This document shows positions 1 to 9,572 of a stretch of DNA of 64,000 bases, piece by piece. The notes beneath the pieces were generated by a model. That model had not been told where the DNA came from. It ran no database searches and was given only the letters and a program-made list of their open reading frames with translations. The DNA lies in the NCBI GenBank assembly GCA_964291235.2, contig OZ219815.1, positions 736,001-800,000 of the forward strand. Direction: 5' to 3'. A program made the translations under genes and the position numbers. Source of the DNA: Vicinamibacteria bacterium (GTDB taxonomy: Bacteria > Acidobacteriota > Vicinamibacteria > Marinacidobacterales > Marinacidobacteraceae). Position 1 is the first letter of the stretch; each line of letters starts with the position of its first letter.

Positions 1-357
1 AGCGGCGTTTACGACGTTCTCCTCGGTGGCGCGCTGCTCTTCGCTCTTGAAGAAGTCCGGCAACTGTTCGGGACCGAACCACCACTGTTCCCGATCCATG
101 CAAATCTCAACGGCCTCTTCGCACTCGCCGTCGGCCTCGGGTATTTCGCGATCCTGAAGAACCTGGAAGCGAACCGCTGGTACGTCTGGATCATGGGACC
201 CGTGCTCAAGGGCGGGGGGGCGCTGCTGTTCGTGCTGGACTTCCTGGTGCGGGATTCCCCTCCCGCGTTCCTGGCGTTCGCCGCTGCGGACGGCGCCCTC
301 GCGGCCGTTACCGCGGCCGCGCTGGTCGGATCGGCGGCGGGCAGCCGCACCCGATGA
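1..357 (+). CDS. Membrane protein, 5'-truncated by the window edge
   Basis: Frame 1 is open from base 1 to TGA 355-357 and reads hydrophobic (SGVYDVLLGGALLFAL...LFALAVGLGYFAIL...). Not in the ORF track. Confidence 0.65.
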   Translation, partial: SGVYDVLLGGALLFALEEVRQLFGTEPPLFPIHANLNGLFALAVGLGYFAILKNLEANRWYVWIMGPVLKGGGALLFVLDFLVRDSPPAFLAFAAADGALAAVTAAALVGSAAGSRTR

Positions 358-412
358 GAAAGGGGATCGGGTGCGGGTCGATTGGCAATAGACTCCCCCG
401 CCCTCGCCGCCG

Positions 413-1114
413 ATGGACTCCTGGGAACTGCTGCGCCGCCTCGCGGCCGCGAGTCCCGACGACCCGCTCTGGACGGTCCTCTTCCAGCGCTGCGATGTCC
501 TGATCCGAACCGCGCTGCGCTCGCAGTTCGCAGGCCGCCGGCGGCCGGATGTCGGGCAACTGGATGATCTGGCCCAGGATGTGATGGAGAGGCTGCTGGT
601 CGACGGGCGCAAGGTGATTACGCGTTTCTCCGGAACGCGGGACGAGATTTTCTCCGCCTACATCCGCCGGATCGCGGAGAACATTCTGCTGGACCAGTTC
701 CGGCGCAGTTCGCAACGCCAGGCGGTGGAGACGTCGTTTCCCTCCGACGAGCCCTGGCGATTCGAAGCCGCCCTCGCGGAGAGTCCGATCGACAACGTCG
801 GCGGCGACCCGGCATCCGGTGTGGAACTGCGCGAGATGACGGAGCGCGTCGAGCAGGTCTTGAGCCGCATCTCCCTCGATGACCGGCAGCGAGCTCAGAA
901 CCGGCTCCTCTTCCAGCTCTACTTCCGAGACGGCTGCAGCATTCCCCAGATCGCCCGGCTCCGGGCCGTGGCGCTCAGCGCATCTTCGGTAGCCCGACGG
1001 ATCACCCTGATCCGCAAGGAACTACGGACGTCGTTCGCAGCGCGGCGCCTGTCGGCCGAGACCCGGCCCACCGGAGAGCCCCGCCGCCGGACAACCTGGC
1101 GGAAAACGCGCTGA
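413..1114 (+). CDS. ECF-type sigma-70 factor
   Basis: Sigma2-like DDLAQDV...FSAYIRRIAENILLDQFRR and sigma4-like LYFRDGCSIPQIAR. Confidence 0.75.
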   Translation: MDSWELLRRLAAASPDDPLWTVLFQRCDVLIRTALRSQFAGRRRPDVGQLDDLAQDVMERLLVDGRKVITRFSGTRDEIFSAYIRRIAENILLDQFRRSSQRQAVETSFPSDEPWRFEAALAESPIDNVGGDPASGVELREMTERVEQVLSRISLDDRQRAQNRLLFQLYFRDGCSIPQIARLRAVALSASSVARRITLIRKELRTSFAARRLSAETRPTGEPRRRTTWRKTR

Positions 1115-1139
1115 CGGCCTGAGGCCGCGGGACCGGTGA

Positions 1140-2510
1140 TCAGGCGGGCCGGGGTTTGCCGGTCGTTCCGGCACTGAGGCCGATCATGAGGTCCATGACG
1201 TTCGTCCCCGTCGGGCCGGTGATCAGCAGGTCGCCCGTCTCCTGAAACAGCGACCAGGAATCGTTGTTCCCGAGCGTCGCCACCGGATCCCGACCCCTTT
1301 CGCGAGCCCGAGCCCAGGACCTCCCGTCGGCGAAGGCCCCCGCGGCGTTCGTCGGACCATCGGTTCCGTCCGTACCCGCCGCCAGGAGAGCCACACCGGA
1401 AACGCCTTCCAGTTCTTCCGCGGCGACCAGCGCGAACTCCTGACTCCGTCCCCCCCGGCCATCCCCCGTAACCTGGAGCGTCAGTTCTCCTCCCGCGACC
1501 AGCGCGGAAGGGCCCGCCGCCGATCCGAGCTCGGCCAGCCGGCGAGCGAAGCGGTGCGCGGTGGCGTGCACGCCGCCGACGAGGTCCCGGCCAAAGATCT
1601 CGGTCCGGTAGCCGAGGCGGGACGCCTCCGCCAGGGCCGCCTGCAGCGAGTGGAAGTTGCTCGCCACGATGTGGTGGGGAACGCCGTCAGCGGGGGTGTC
1701 GGGGGTTTCTGCAACTCTTCCCGCCGCCCCCTCGCGGAGCCGGTGGATCACCCCTTCCGGAACGCGGCCGGACAGCCCGAATTTCTCCAAGACCCCGAGT
1801 GCCTCGCCGAAGGTCGTCGGGTCGGCCGTGGCGGGCCCCGAGCCGATGGAGGTCAACTGGTCGCCGATGACGTCCGAAATCACGAGCGCCGCGGATCGCC
1901 CGGGGGGAAGCAGCGGTATCAACCCGCCTCCCTTGACTCGCGAGAGGTGCTTGCGGACGGTGTTCATTTCGTGGATATCGGCGCCGCAGGCGAGCAACAG
2001 GGAACTCACCCGCGACTTGTCGTCCAGAGTGATGCCGGCCGCGGGGGCGACCAGGAGCGCGGAGGCGCCCCCGGTCAGCAACACGAGGATCCGGCCCTTC
2101 CCCCCGTGCCCGCGGAGGTCTTCGAGCAGCCTCCCGGTCGCCGCGACCGAGTCGGCGTCCGGCACCGGATGTCCGGCCTCCTCGATCGTCACCCCGGGAA
2201 CCGCAAGCCCGTGACCGTGCTTGACGATGATCCTCCCGCCGATGGCTTCTCCGCTGAGCCGTCGCTGAACGCCCCGTGCGAGAGCGGCAGCCGCCTTCCC
2301 GGCGCCGAACAGGAAGACGGGCTCTCCCGCCGCCCGCGGAGGGGGCAGCAGCGGTTCTCCCCGAACGGTCCACCCGGAAACCACGTCTCCCCGGAGATCC
2401 CGCTCCAGAATCCGCTCGGGATCGGCCGCGCGGAGCGCCGCCCGGTGAATGGCCAAGAGGTCCCGGCGGAGTGGATCGGAAGCTGCGTGCCGTCCCTCGG
2501 AATCCGTCAA
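1140..2510 (-). CDS. Glycerate kinase type 2 (DUF4147/MOFRL)
   Basis: GAGKAA, EAGHPVPD, LTGGASAL, VRKHLSRVKGG, GTDGTDGPT and TGPTGTNVMD motifs. Likely TTG start at 2510 with upstream GAGAAGG. Confidence 0.9.
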   Translation of the reverse strand: MTDSEGRHAASDPLRRDLLAIHRAALRAADPERILERDLRGDVVSGWTVRGEPLLPPPRAAGEPVFLFGAGKAAAALARGVQRRLSGEAIGGRIIVKHGHGLAVPGVTIEEAGHPVPDADSVAATGRLLEDLRGHGGKGRILVLLTGGASALLVAPAAGITLDDKSRVSSLLLACGADIHEMNTVRKHLSRVKGGGLIPLLPPGRSAALVISDVIGDQLTSIGSGPATADPTTFGEALGVLEKFGLSGRVPEGVIHRLREGAAGRVAETPDTPADGVPHHIVASNFHSLQAALAEASRLGYRTEIFGRDLVGGVHATAHRFARRLAELGSAAGPSALVAGGELTLQVTGDGRGGRSQEFALVAAEELEGVSGVALLAAGTDGTDGPTNAAGAFADGRSWARARERGRDPVATLGNNDSWSLFQETGDLLITGPTGTNVMDLMIGLSAGTTGKPRPA

Positions 2511-2575
2511 TTGCCTTCTCCCGGCCGAGCCTTGGGAACCGCGAAACCCGGCAGTCCGGCAGTTAGAGTTCCCCG

Positions 2576-2704
2576 GTGAACGAGCCGGCGGCGACGGGCG
2601 GACAGAACCCGAAGCGCTGGCACTTCGTATTGGCATTCGCGCCCATCGCCCTGGCGCTGCTCGCCCTCGGGGGCCTCCTCTGGTTCCACTGCGGAACGGT
2701 TTGA
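2576..2704 (+). CDS. Putative 42-aa single-TM small protein
   Basis: GTG...TGA, MNEPAATGGQNPKRWHFVLAFAPIALALLALGGLLWFHCGTV. Below the ORF-track length cutoff. Confidence 0.5.
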   Translation: MNEPAATGGQNPKRWHFVLAFAPIALALLALGGLLWFHCGTV

Positions 2705-2744
2705 GAAAACGGCAGCCACGCCCGGGCCCGCGCAAGGAGAAACC

Positions 2745-3746
2745 ATGTCAACCAGTCAATGGTACGTAGCCGAAGGCGGGCGGAGTCTGGGCCCGTTCTC
2801 CACGGCCGATGTCCTGCAGTCCCTCCGGACCGGCCGCTGGACCGCGGCCACTCTCGTCTGCCCGCTCGGAGAGAGCTCCTGGACTCCCGTTTCCGGAGTC
2901 CCGGACCTGCAGGCCGCCATCGGCGCCGGCTCGGCGCCGCCCCGTCCTCCGGCGCCGCGCCGGATGCACGAGGTGGACTACCGGATCGTCGGTGAGGAAA
3001 TGCAGTTCGTCGAAATCGAGCTGGATCCCCGCGAAGGGGCCATCGCCGAAGCAGGCGCCATGATGTTCATGAGCTCGGGAATCGAGATGCAGACCATCTT
3101 CGGCACGGGCGGCGAGCAGGGTTTCATGGACAAGGTGCTCGGCGCCGGGAAACGGCTGCTGACTGGCGAGAGCCTCTTCATGACCGAGTTCGTGAACCAG
3201 GGCGCCGGGAAGCAGCACGTAGCGTTCGCCTCGCCCTATCCGGGCAAGATCCTGCCAGTGCAGCTCGACGAGCTCGGTGGCCGCCTCATCGCGCAGAAGG
3301 ACGCCTTCCTGTGCGGCGCCAAAGGCGTCTCGATCGGTATCGCGTTTCAGCGGAAGATCGGAACGGCGCTCTTCGGCGGCGAGGGTTTCATCATGCAGTC
3401 GCTCGAGGGCGACGGCCTGGCCTTCCTGCACGCCGGCGGCACGATCATCAAGAAGGAACTGGCAGCCGGCGAGAACCTGCGGGTGGACACCGGCTGCCTG
3501 GTCGCGCTCGCGCCCTCGGTGAACTACGACATCGAGTTCGTGGGAGGAGTCAAGTCGGCCATTTTCGGCGGGGAAGGATTCTTCTTCGCGAGCCTTACCG
3601 GACCGGGGTGGGTCTGGCTGCAATCGCTGCCGTTCAGCCGCCTCGCCGGTCGCATCCACCAGGCCGCGCCGCAGACCGGCGGCGGCGGCAAGGGAGAGGG
3701 ATCGCTCCTCGGCCGGCTCTCCGGCGTCGGCTGGGACGGGAATTGA
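2745..3746 (+). CDS. TIGR00266/AIM24 family protein with N-terminal GYF_2-like domain
   Basis: N-terminal WYVAEGGRSLGPFS...W; AIM24 core AEAGAMM, LLTGESLF, GGEGFIMQ, VDTGCLVA, WLQSLPFSRLA. AAGGAG RBS. Confidence 0.9.
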   Translation: MSTSQWYVAEGGRSLGPFSTADVLQSLRTGRWTAATLVCPLGESSWTPVSGVPDLQAAIGAGSAPPRPPAPRRMHEVDYRIVGEEMQFVEIELDPREGAIAEAGAMMFMSSGIEMQTIFGTGGEQGFMDKVLGAGKRLLTGESLFMTEFVNQGAGKQHVAFASPYPGKILPVQLDELGGRLIAQKDAFLCGAKGVSIGIAFQRKIGTALFGGEGFIMQSLEGDGLAFLHAGGTIIKKELAAGENLRVDTGCLVALAPSVNYDIEFVGGVKSAIFGGEGFFFASLTGPGWVWLQSLPFSRLAGRIHQAAPQTGGGGKGEGSLLGRLSGVGWDGN

Positions 3747-4028
3747 CAGCCCGTGACGGAAGCACCCCGCGCGGTTACCGCCGCGGTCCCCGCACCAGTC
3801 GGAACAGTCGGGCTGTGGGCGGGGCGCTCCCGCCACGGGCCGAATGTCCTGGATCGCTGCGCGATCCGGCCATTCCTCTTCTGTGGGGAGGGGAAACCCC
3901 TCCCCACACCCCTCCCCCGCGGCGCTGCGCGCCGCGATTCCGGCCGGAGAACGGCGCACCGCTCACCGCCGCATAGGTGGCGCTGCGACATGCTGCTGGG
4001 CAGCGGCGCGATCATGAACGAACAGATT

Positions 4029-4081
4029 GGGGAGTTTCGCTTCGCTGTGCGAAGCGATGCCGGCCTGGAGGCCGGCGCTCC
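4029..4081. repeat. REP-like two-hairpin module (type A)
   Basis: GGGAGTTTCGC-TTCGCtgtGCGAA-GCGAT-GCCGGCCtggaGGCCGGC-GCTCC; recurs at about 14.8-15.6, 43.5-44.0 and 59.2-59.6 kb. Confidence 0.8.
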
Positions 4082-4105
4082 TTGCGCTCCTCAGGCTGCT
4101 AGCAA

Positions 4106-4708
4106 TTGACGGAACACGCCATCTCCCCGGACGCCGGCGCCTTTCTGGAGGCCTTCAGTTGGGACGGATGGATTCCCGACGAACGGGCCACGTTGCTCTT
4201 CGTGGTGCGCAACGGTCGGATCCTGCTGATCGAGAAGCATCGCGGGCTCGGCCGGGGGAAGATCAATGGTCCGGGGGGGCGTCTGGAACCGGGAGAGAGC
4301 CCGCGGGCGGCGGCCATCCGGGAAGTGGAAGAAGAGATCCGGATTCATCCCACCGGAATCCGCCCGGCCGGGGAGCTCCGGTTCCAGTTCGTGAACGGGT
4401 ATTCGATTCACGTCTATGTGTTCCGCGCCGACGGGTTTGTCGGCGAACCGGAGCCCACGGTCGAGGCGACGCCGGTCTGGGCCGACGTGGAATCGATTCC
4501 CTACGAACGGATGTGGGAAGACGACGTCGTCTGGTTACCGCTGCTCCTGCGCAACCAGCCCTTCGCCGGCCGTTTCGTGTTCGACGACGATGTCATGCTC
4601 ACGAACGAGATCGAACTCCGCGCCGTCCCGTCCTTCCACCCCGGAGAACCGGCCCCGCCGGGTCAGCAAACGCCGGGGCTCTCCGGCTCGGGGGCCGGAG
4701 CGAAGTAG
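4106..4708 (+). CDS. NUDIX hydrolase (8-oxo-dGTP diphosphatase, MTH1-like)
   Basis: Nudix box GGRLEPGESPRAAAIREVEEE; IPYERMWEDD. Confidence 0.9.
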   Translation: MTEHAISPDAGAFLEAFSWDGWIPDERATLLFVVRNGRILLIEKHRGLGRGKINGPGGRLEPGESPRAAAIREVEEEIRIHPTGIRPAGELRFQFVNGYSIHVYVFRADGFVGEPEPTVEATPVWADVESIPYERMWEDDVVWLPLLLRNQPFAGRFVFDDDVMLTNEIELRAVPSFHPGEPAPPGQQTPGLSGSGAGAK

Positions 4709-4753
4709 TTCGCTCCGGCCCCGGACGGAACGAATCCCGCCGGGAACGGGACG

Positions 4754-7700
4754 CTATTCCGGGGTCTTCCAGCGGTCCTTGTCCACCGCGTCGGCGCCGG
4801 AATCGGTGATTTTGGCGTTCAGGGCGCCGAGACGCTCGCCGAGCAAGCCTCCGAGCCGCCCCAGGTGCTGATCCAGCTCGCCTGACAACTCCTCGAACAC
4901 GGCGTAGGCGCCATCCGTTGGCTTCGCGTCCCCGTTTTCCACGCTGCGGCGAAGCGACGCGAGTCGGTTGTTCAGGCGAATCGGGAAGTTCAGCGGATCC
5001 TGATTGCTGCGATTCCTGGTCTGGTAGAGGGCTTCCTCGACCTCGGTCATTTCTTCGATCAAGCGGCCCCCGTCGGCAATCACTCCCTCATCGGAGGATC
5101 CTTCCAGGCGCTCCTCAAGCTGCGTGCGAACGTCCCGGATCTGGATCACGGCCTCGTTCGCCTCGGAGGTCCGGTCCCGGATTTGGCTGGCGAGTTCGAA
5201 CTGCTCCACCAGGTCGGCGGTGGTCACGCCTTCGAGGCGGGGATCGGCAATCAGCGTCAGGCTCGTGGTCTCGGTGACGCCGGCGGCGGCGACGCTCACC
5301 TGGTAGTCGCCCGGAGGCGCCTTCGGACCGCTGGTGGCCCGGGCGCTCCAGAGGATCATGCCGTCGAACTCGACGGCGCCCTGGTACCGGCCGTTCCAGA
5401 CGAATCGGTTGAGCCCCTTCCCGGTGGTCGGCTCGGAGGAACGCCGGGCCCGGAACCAGGAGAAGTCCGGCTCGGCCTCGAAGTCCGGTTCGGTGCCTTC
5501 GAAGCGATCCACGAGCGTCCCGTTCGCGTCCTGGATTTCAATGACAACCGAGTCCACTTCCTCGGCGAGGTGGTACTGGATGATGGCGTCCTGGACTCCG
5601 CGCACCGCCCGGTCGGGATCGAAGAGCGTCAGGGTGGCGTTGAGGGACTCGGCGGTGAACTGCCGGAGCGGCTGGATGTCGTCCAGAATCCAGAACCCGC
5701 GCCCGTGGGTGCCGAGCACGACGTCGGCGTCCTTCACGACCAGATCCCGGATGGGGGTATCGGGAAGGTTCTGCTGCAGCGACATCCAGTGATCGCCGGC
5801 GTCCCAGGACGCGTACACCCCGTGTTCGGTCCCCAGGAACAGCAGTCCCTGCCGTTCCGGATCCTCGCGAACCGCGCGGGCGAAGTGTCCCGGGGCAATC
5901 CCGTCCACGATCTTCGTCCAGGTCGCACCGTAGTCGGTGGTGCGGAAGACGTAGGGCTCTCGATCGTCCACCTGATAGCGATTGGCTGCCACGAAGATCG
6001 TGCCGGGCTGGTGGGAGGACTCTTCGATGATGCTGACCCGGCTGAACTTCGGCAGATCGGCGGGAGTGATCTCGGTCCAGTTCGCCCCGTGATCGCGGGT
6101 GACGTGGATGCGCCCGTCGTCCGAGCCCGCCCAGATCGTGTTCACGTCGTGCTGCGAAGGGGCGACGGCAAAGATGGTGGCGTAGATCTCGGGGCCGTTC
6201 ATGTCCATCGTGATCACGCCCCCGGTTTCACCGAGCGTCTCCGGATCGGCGTAGGTGAGGTCGGGGCTGATCTTCGTCCAGGACTGGCCGTCATCGGTAG
6301 TCAGGTAGAGAAACTGCGAACTCGTGTAAAGCCGGTTCTCGTCGAGCGGCGAGAAGATGATCGGGAAGGTCCACTGCCAGCGATCGGGGAGCGCGCTCGC
6401 CGGCTCGCCCGAAAAGAACCGCGGATACACCTGGATGTCGCGGATCTGGCCGTTCGCGCGGTTGTAGCGGGTCAGCAGCGCGCCCTGGCTGCCGGCGTAG
6501 AAGACGTCCAGGTTGGAGGGATGCTGGGTGATGTAACCGCTCTCGCCGCCGCCGGCATCGTAGTACCAGCGGCTACCCGGCCCCCGCGCCTGCATATGGT
6601 CCCAACCCTCGCTCGGCGTGCAGAGCGTGGTGTTGTCCTGCTGGGCGCCGCAGACGTGGTACGGAAAGTCGTTCGTCACGTTCACGTGGTAGAGCTGGGT
6701 CGTCGAATACGCCTGACCCGTCCATGTTTCCCCTCCGTTGACGCTGACGTTTCCGCCGCCGTCGTTCGAGTTGCACATGCGCAGAGGGTTGTTGGGATCG
6801 ATCCAGAGATCGTGCTGGTCTCCGTGCGGCGGCCGGATTACGTGGTCGAAGGTCTCGCCCCCGTCCATCGACTTGTAGAACCCGGTGTTCAGGGCGTACA
6901 CCGTGTCCACGTCCACGGGGTCGGCGTAGATTCGCGAGTAGTAAAAGGCGCGCTGGCGCAGCTTGCGCTCGTTGTTGGTGAGCCGCCAGGTGGCGCCCGC
7001 GTCGTCCGACCGGAACACGCCGCCCTCCGGGGCCTCCACGATCGCCCAGACCCGGTCCGGATTCGCCGGCGAAACGGTGACGCCGATCTTGCCGATGGGC
7101 CCTTCCGGCATTCCCGGGTTTTGGGTGAGTTCCGTCCAGGTGTCTCCGCCGTCTTCCGAGCGGTAGAGCCCCGAGTCGGGGCCGCCGCCCCACATCTTCC
7201 AGGCCTTGCGGTACACCTGCCAGATGCTGGCGTAGAGCACGTTCGGGTTCGTCCGATCGATGATGAGGTCGGCCGCCCCGGCGCCCGGGCTCACAAACAG
7301 CACTCGCTCCCAGGTCGCTCCACCGTCGCGCGAGCGGAAAACCCCGCGCTCCTCGTTGTCCCCGTACGGGTGCCCGAGCGCCGCCACATAGACGATGTCG
7401 GGGTTCACCGGATGGATCCGGATGCGGGCAACGGCCTGGGTTTCGCGCAGGCCGACGTGGCGCCAGGTCTCTCCGCCGTCCGAACTCTTGTAAACGCCGT
7501 CGCCCTGGGTGATGCTGCCCCGCAGCTGCGTTTCTCCGCCGCCGATGAAGACCACGTCGGGGTTTGTTTCCGCTACCGCGACCGCTCCGATCGAAGAACT
7601 GGAAATCTGGCCGTCCGTCACCGGAAACCAGGTCGTCCCCGAGTCAACGGTCTTCCAGAGCCCGCCTCCGGTCGCCCCGAAGTAGTACTCGTGGCGCCGG

Positions 7701-7882
7701 CCCGGGCTGCCGATACAGGAAAGCGAGCGCCCGCCGCGGAGCGGGCCGATATTCCGCCACTCCATGGTCCGGAGGTGGGAAGCCTCGAGCCCCAGATCCT
7801 GAGCAAAACCGGCTGCCGGAACAGCCACCGTCGCCAAGCCGACGAGTGCGAGACGCGGCAATACGTGGTGTCGAAGAAACAT
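4754..7882 (-). CDS. Secreted VPS10/BNR-repeat glycosyl hydrolase-like protein
   Basis: Signal peptide, WRNIGPLRGGRS, many S.DGG.TW Asp-boxes. Confidence 0.85.
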   Translation of the reverse strand: MFLRHHVLPRLALVGLATVAVPAAGFAQDLGLEASHLRTMEWRNIGPLRGGRSLSCIGSPGRRHEYYFGATGGGLWKTVDSGTTWFPVTDGQISSSSIGAVAVAETNPDVVFIGGGETQLRGSITQGDGVYKSSDGGETWRHVGLRETQAVARIRIHPVNPDIVYVAALGHPYGDNEERGVFRSRDGGATWERVLFVSPGAGAADLIIDRTNPNVLYASIWQVYRKAWKMWGGGPDSGLYRSEDGGDTWTELTQNPGMPEGPIGKIGVTVSPANPDRVWAIVEAPEGGVFRSDDAGATWRLTNNERKLRQRAFYYSRIYADPVDVDTVYALNTGFYKSMDGGETFDHVIRPPHGDQHDLWIDPNNPLRMCNSNDGGGNVSVNGGETWTGQAYSTTQLYHVNVTNDFPYHVCGAQQDNTTLCTPSEGWDHMQARGPGSRWYYDAGGGESGYITQHPSNLDVFYAGSQGALLTRYNRANGQIRDIQVYPRFFSGEPASALPDRWQWTFPIIFSPLDENRLYTSSQFLYLTTDDGQSWTKISPDLTYADPETLGETGGVITMDMNGPEIYATIFAVAPSQHDVNTIWAGSDDGRIHVTRDHGANWTEITPADLPKFSRVSIIEESSHQPGTIFVAANRYQVDDREPYVFRTTDYGATWTKIVDGIAPGHFARAVREDPERQGLLFLGTEHGVYASWDAGDHWMSLQQNLPDTPIRDLVVKDADVVLGTHGRGFWILDDIQPLRQFTAESLNATLTLFDPDRAVRGVQDAIIQYHLAEEVDSVVIEIQDANGTLVDRFEGTEPDFEAEPDFSWFRARRSSEPTTGKGLNRFVWNGRYQGAVEFDGMILWSARATSGPKAPPGDYQVSVAAAGVTETTSLTLIADPRLEGVTTADLVEQFELASQIRDRTSEANEAVIQIRDVRTQLEERLEGSSDEGVIADGGRLIEEMTEVEEALYQTRNRSNQDPLNFPIRLNNRLASLRRSVENGDAKPTDGAYAVFEELSGELDQHLGRLGGLLGERLGALNAKITDSGADAVDKDRWKTPE

Positions 7883-8001
7883 CAGACGAACTCCCCTGAG
7901 AGACGAAATCCGAAACCGGGGAGCATACGGCCTACGAAAGGTCCTCCCGGCGCCGTCCATCTACGGTCAACCGCCCACAGGCTGCTAGCATTCCGGCCGC
8001 G

Positions 8002-8265
8002 ATGGCCAACCGTTCCCGACAGACGTTTCTCAAGCGTCGGAAAGAGAAGGAGCGGGTTGCGCGTCAGCGGGCCAAGGAGATGCGGCGCCGGGAGCGCGCC
8101 ATCGAGAAAGAGCGCGGGTCGCCAGCGCCAACGGACGGAGATCGGGATATCGTGGGAATCGTTCCCGGTCCGCAGGAGCCCGTGTGGAAGATGGCGGACG
8201 TCCTGACCGAAGACGAGCGCGCCGAACTCGAGGAAGAGGAAGAAGAGGAAGAGGCGCGAGCCTGA
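8002..8265 (+). CDS. Small hypothetical protein (basic N-terminus, acidic C-terminus)
   Basis: 87-aa ORF filling the intergenic gap, with a DIVGIVPGPQ segment. Confidence 0.65.
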   Translation: MANRSRQTFLKRRKEKERVARQRAKEMRRRERAIEKERGSPAPTDGDRDIVGIVPGPQEPVWKMADVLTEDERAELEEEEEEEEARA

Positions 8266-8348
8266 ATTTCCGGCGCCGCTCCCGGGCGGCAAGCCGCCCG
8301 GGAGCGAGCGTTTCGGTCAGCCGGTTGGCGGCGCTGGCGCGCTCGCGA

Positions 8349-8963
8349 TCAGCCGCGGCGTCCGCGCCGGGAACGCTGGCTCCGGCGGTCGCGCATTTGC
8401 TCAAGCTGCTGGAGCTGTTCTTCGGTCAGGATGCCGGCCATCCGTTCCCGCTCGGTCCTGCGCTGCAACGCCAGTTCGGCCTGTGCCCGGCCGAGCGCCT
8501 CTCCCAGCGCCTGGACCTCCTCGGCGGTGCGTTCCGGATCGCGCGCAGCGCGCTGAAAGGAGCGCCGCGCGTCGGCGACCTGCCGCCGGCCGTCTCGCCG
8601 GTTGTCGGCGATTTCGCGCATCGCCTCCCGCATCTGATCCCGCTGTTCCTCGGTGAGGTCCAGCCTCTCGGCCATCTGCCGCCCGAACCGGCGAGCCACA
8701 GAACCGGAGCGAGAACCGGAGCGACCCTCGCGCCGCATCCCGCGCGTCGTGCGCCGCTCCTGGACCGCCGACCGCCGGCCATCCCGCTGTGATGCCGACT
8801 CCTCGCCAGGCTCCACGGCGGAAACGCCGGCGACCCTCGCAGCGGGCTCCGGATGGCCTTCCGCCGCTGCCGCTCCGGCGAGGATCAGGCCGAGCGGTAC
8901 CGCCGCCAGCAAGGTCGGGACAAGACGCAACCGCAACGGCGCAAGATTCTGTTTTTTCTTCAT
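8349..8963 (-). CDS. Spy/CpxP/ZraP-family periplasmic chaperone
   Basis: Signal peptide and two LTEEQ motifs (LDLTEEQR, ILTEEQL). Confidence 0.85.
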   Translation of the reverse strand: MKKKQNLAPLRLRLVPTLLAAVPLGLILAGAAAAEGHPEPAARVAGVSAVEPGEESASQRDGRRSAVQERRTTRGMRREGRSGSRSGSVARRFGRQMAERLDLTEEQRDQMREAMREIADNRRDGRRQVADARRSFQRAARDPERTAEEVQALGEALGRAQAELALQRRTERERMAGILTEEQLQQLEQMRDRRSQRSRRGRRG

Positions 8964-9011
8964 CGGAGTTGGTCCTTTCGGCGCCTCCAGGCGCGCAGTA
9001 CCCCACCGAAA

Positions 9012-9027
9012 TGCAACCCATATGCCA
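9012..9027 (-). promoter_or_regulatory. Sigma-54 (-24/-12) promoter of the Spy/ZraP-like gene
   Basis: Minus strand reads TGGCAT-ATGGG-TTGCA, matching TGGCAC-N5-TTGCW, about 50 nt upstream of the ATG. Confidence 0.7.
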
Positions 9028-9072
9028 AGTGGAGCCGGTGATAAAGTTGGCCGGTTCCAACGAAATTCGGTT

Positions 9073-9147
9073 GGCGGGGTAGCTCAGTCCGGTCAGAGCG
9101 AAGGACTCATAACCCTTAGGTCGGCGGTTCAAGTCCGCCCCCCGCTA
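9073..9147 (+). tRNA. tRNA-Met(CAT), probably elongator; CCA not fully encoded
   Basis: GGCGGGG-TAGCTCAG...CTCATAA...GGTTCAAGTCC...CCCCGCTA cloverleaf. Confidence 0.9.
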
Positions 9148-9191
9148 CCGACAGTAGTTTCCGCGCTGGAGAGCCGCTTGCTGGAGAAGTC

Positions 9192-9521
9192 ATGGACATG
9201 AAGAAAACGTTCAAGATCAAGGCTCGGCGCGACGTCCAGTGTCCCGAGGTGTATGCGAATTTCTGCGAGGCAACCCATTCGCCTTTCGATCTGACGATCA
9301 CCTTCTGCAGCCTCACCGGGATTCAGCCGGAAGATCTCTCGCACACGGATTCATCCGGGGAGCCGGTCGTCCACGCGGACCCCAAGACCCGGGTCACGCT
9401 TCCCTTCCGCATCGTCCCCGCCCTCATCAAGATGCTGGAGACGCAGTTGAGCGCGGTGGAACAGGCCGAGAACGAGGGTGCCCCGCGCTCCCGGGGAACC
9501 GACTCCTCCACGGTGCACTGA
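9192..9521 (+). CDS. DUF3467-like protein
   Basis: VYANFCEATHSPFDLTITF...RVTLP pattern; GGAG RBS. Confidence 0.7.
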   Translation: MDMKKTFKIKARRDVQCPEVYANFCEATHSPFDLTITFCSLTGIQPEDLSHTDSSGEPVVHADPKTRVTLPFRIVPALIKMLETQLSAVEQAENEGAPRSRGTDSSTVH

Positions 9522-9572
9522 CCGCACCGAGACCCCGTGATCTACTCCCGATAGCGCTGACCGATTCCCAAG

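Noticed and set aside
7975-7991. CCACAGGCTGCTAG as a MITE end (similar at 4092-4102)
   Set aside because: No partner terminal repeat was found; at 7982-7991 TGCTAGCAT fits an extended -10 just before the 8002 start.
5183-8206. Long antisense ORFs (1007 aa here; also 37061-39184, 59928-62795 and others)
   Set aside because: Shadow frames of GC-rich genes that have clear family motifs on the opposite strand.
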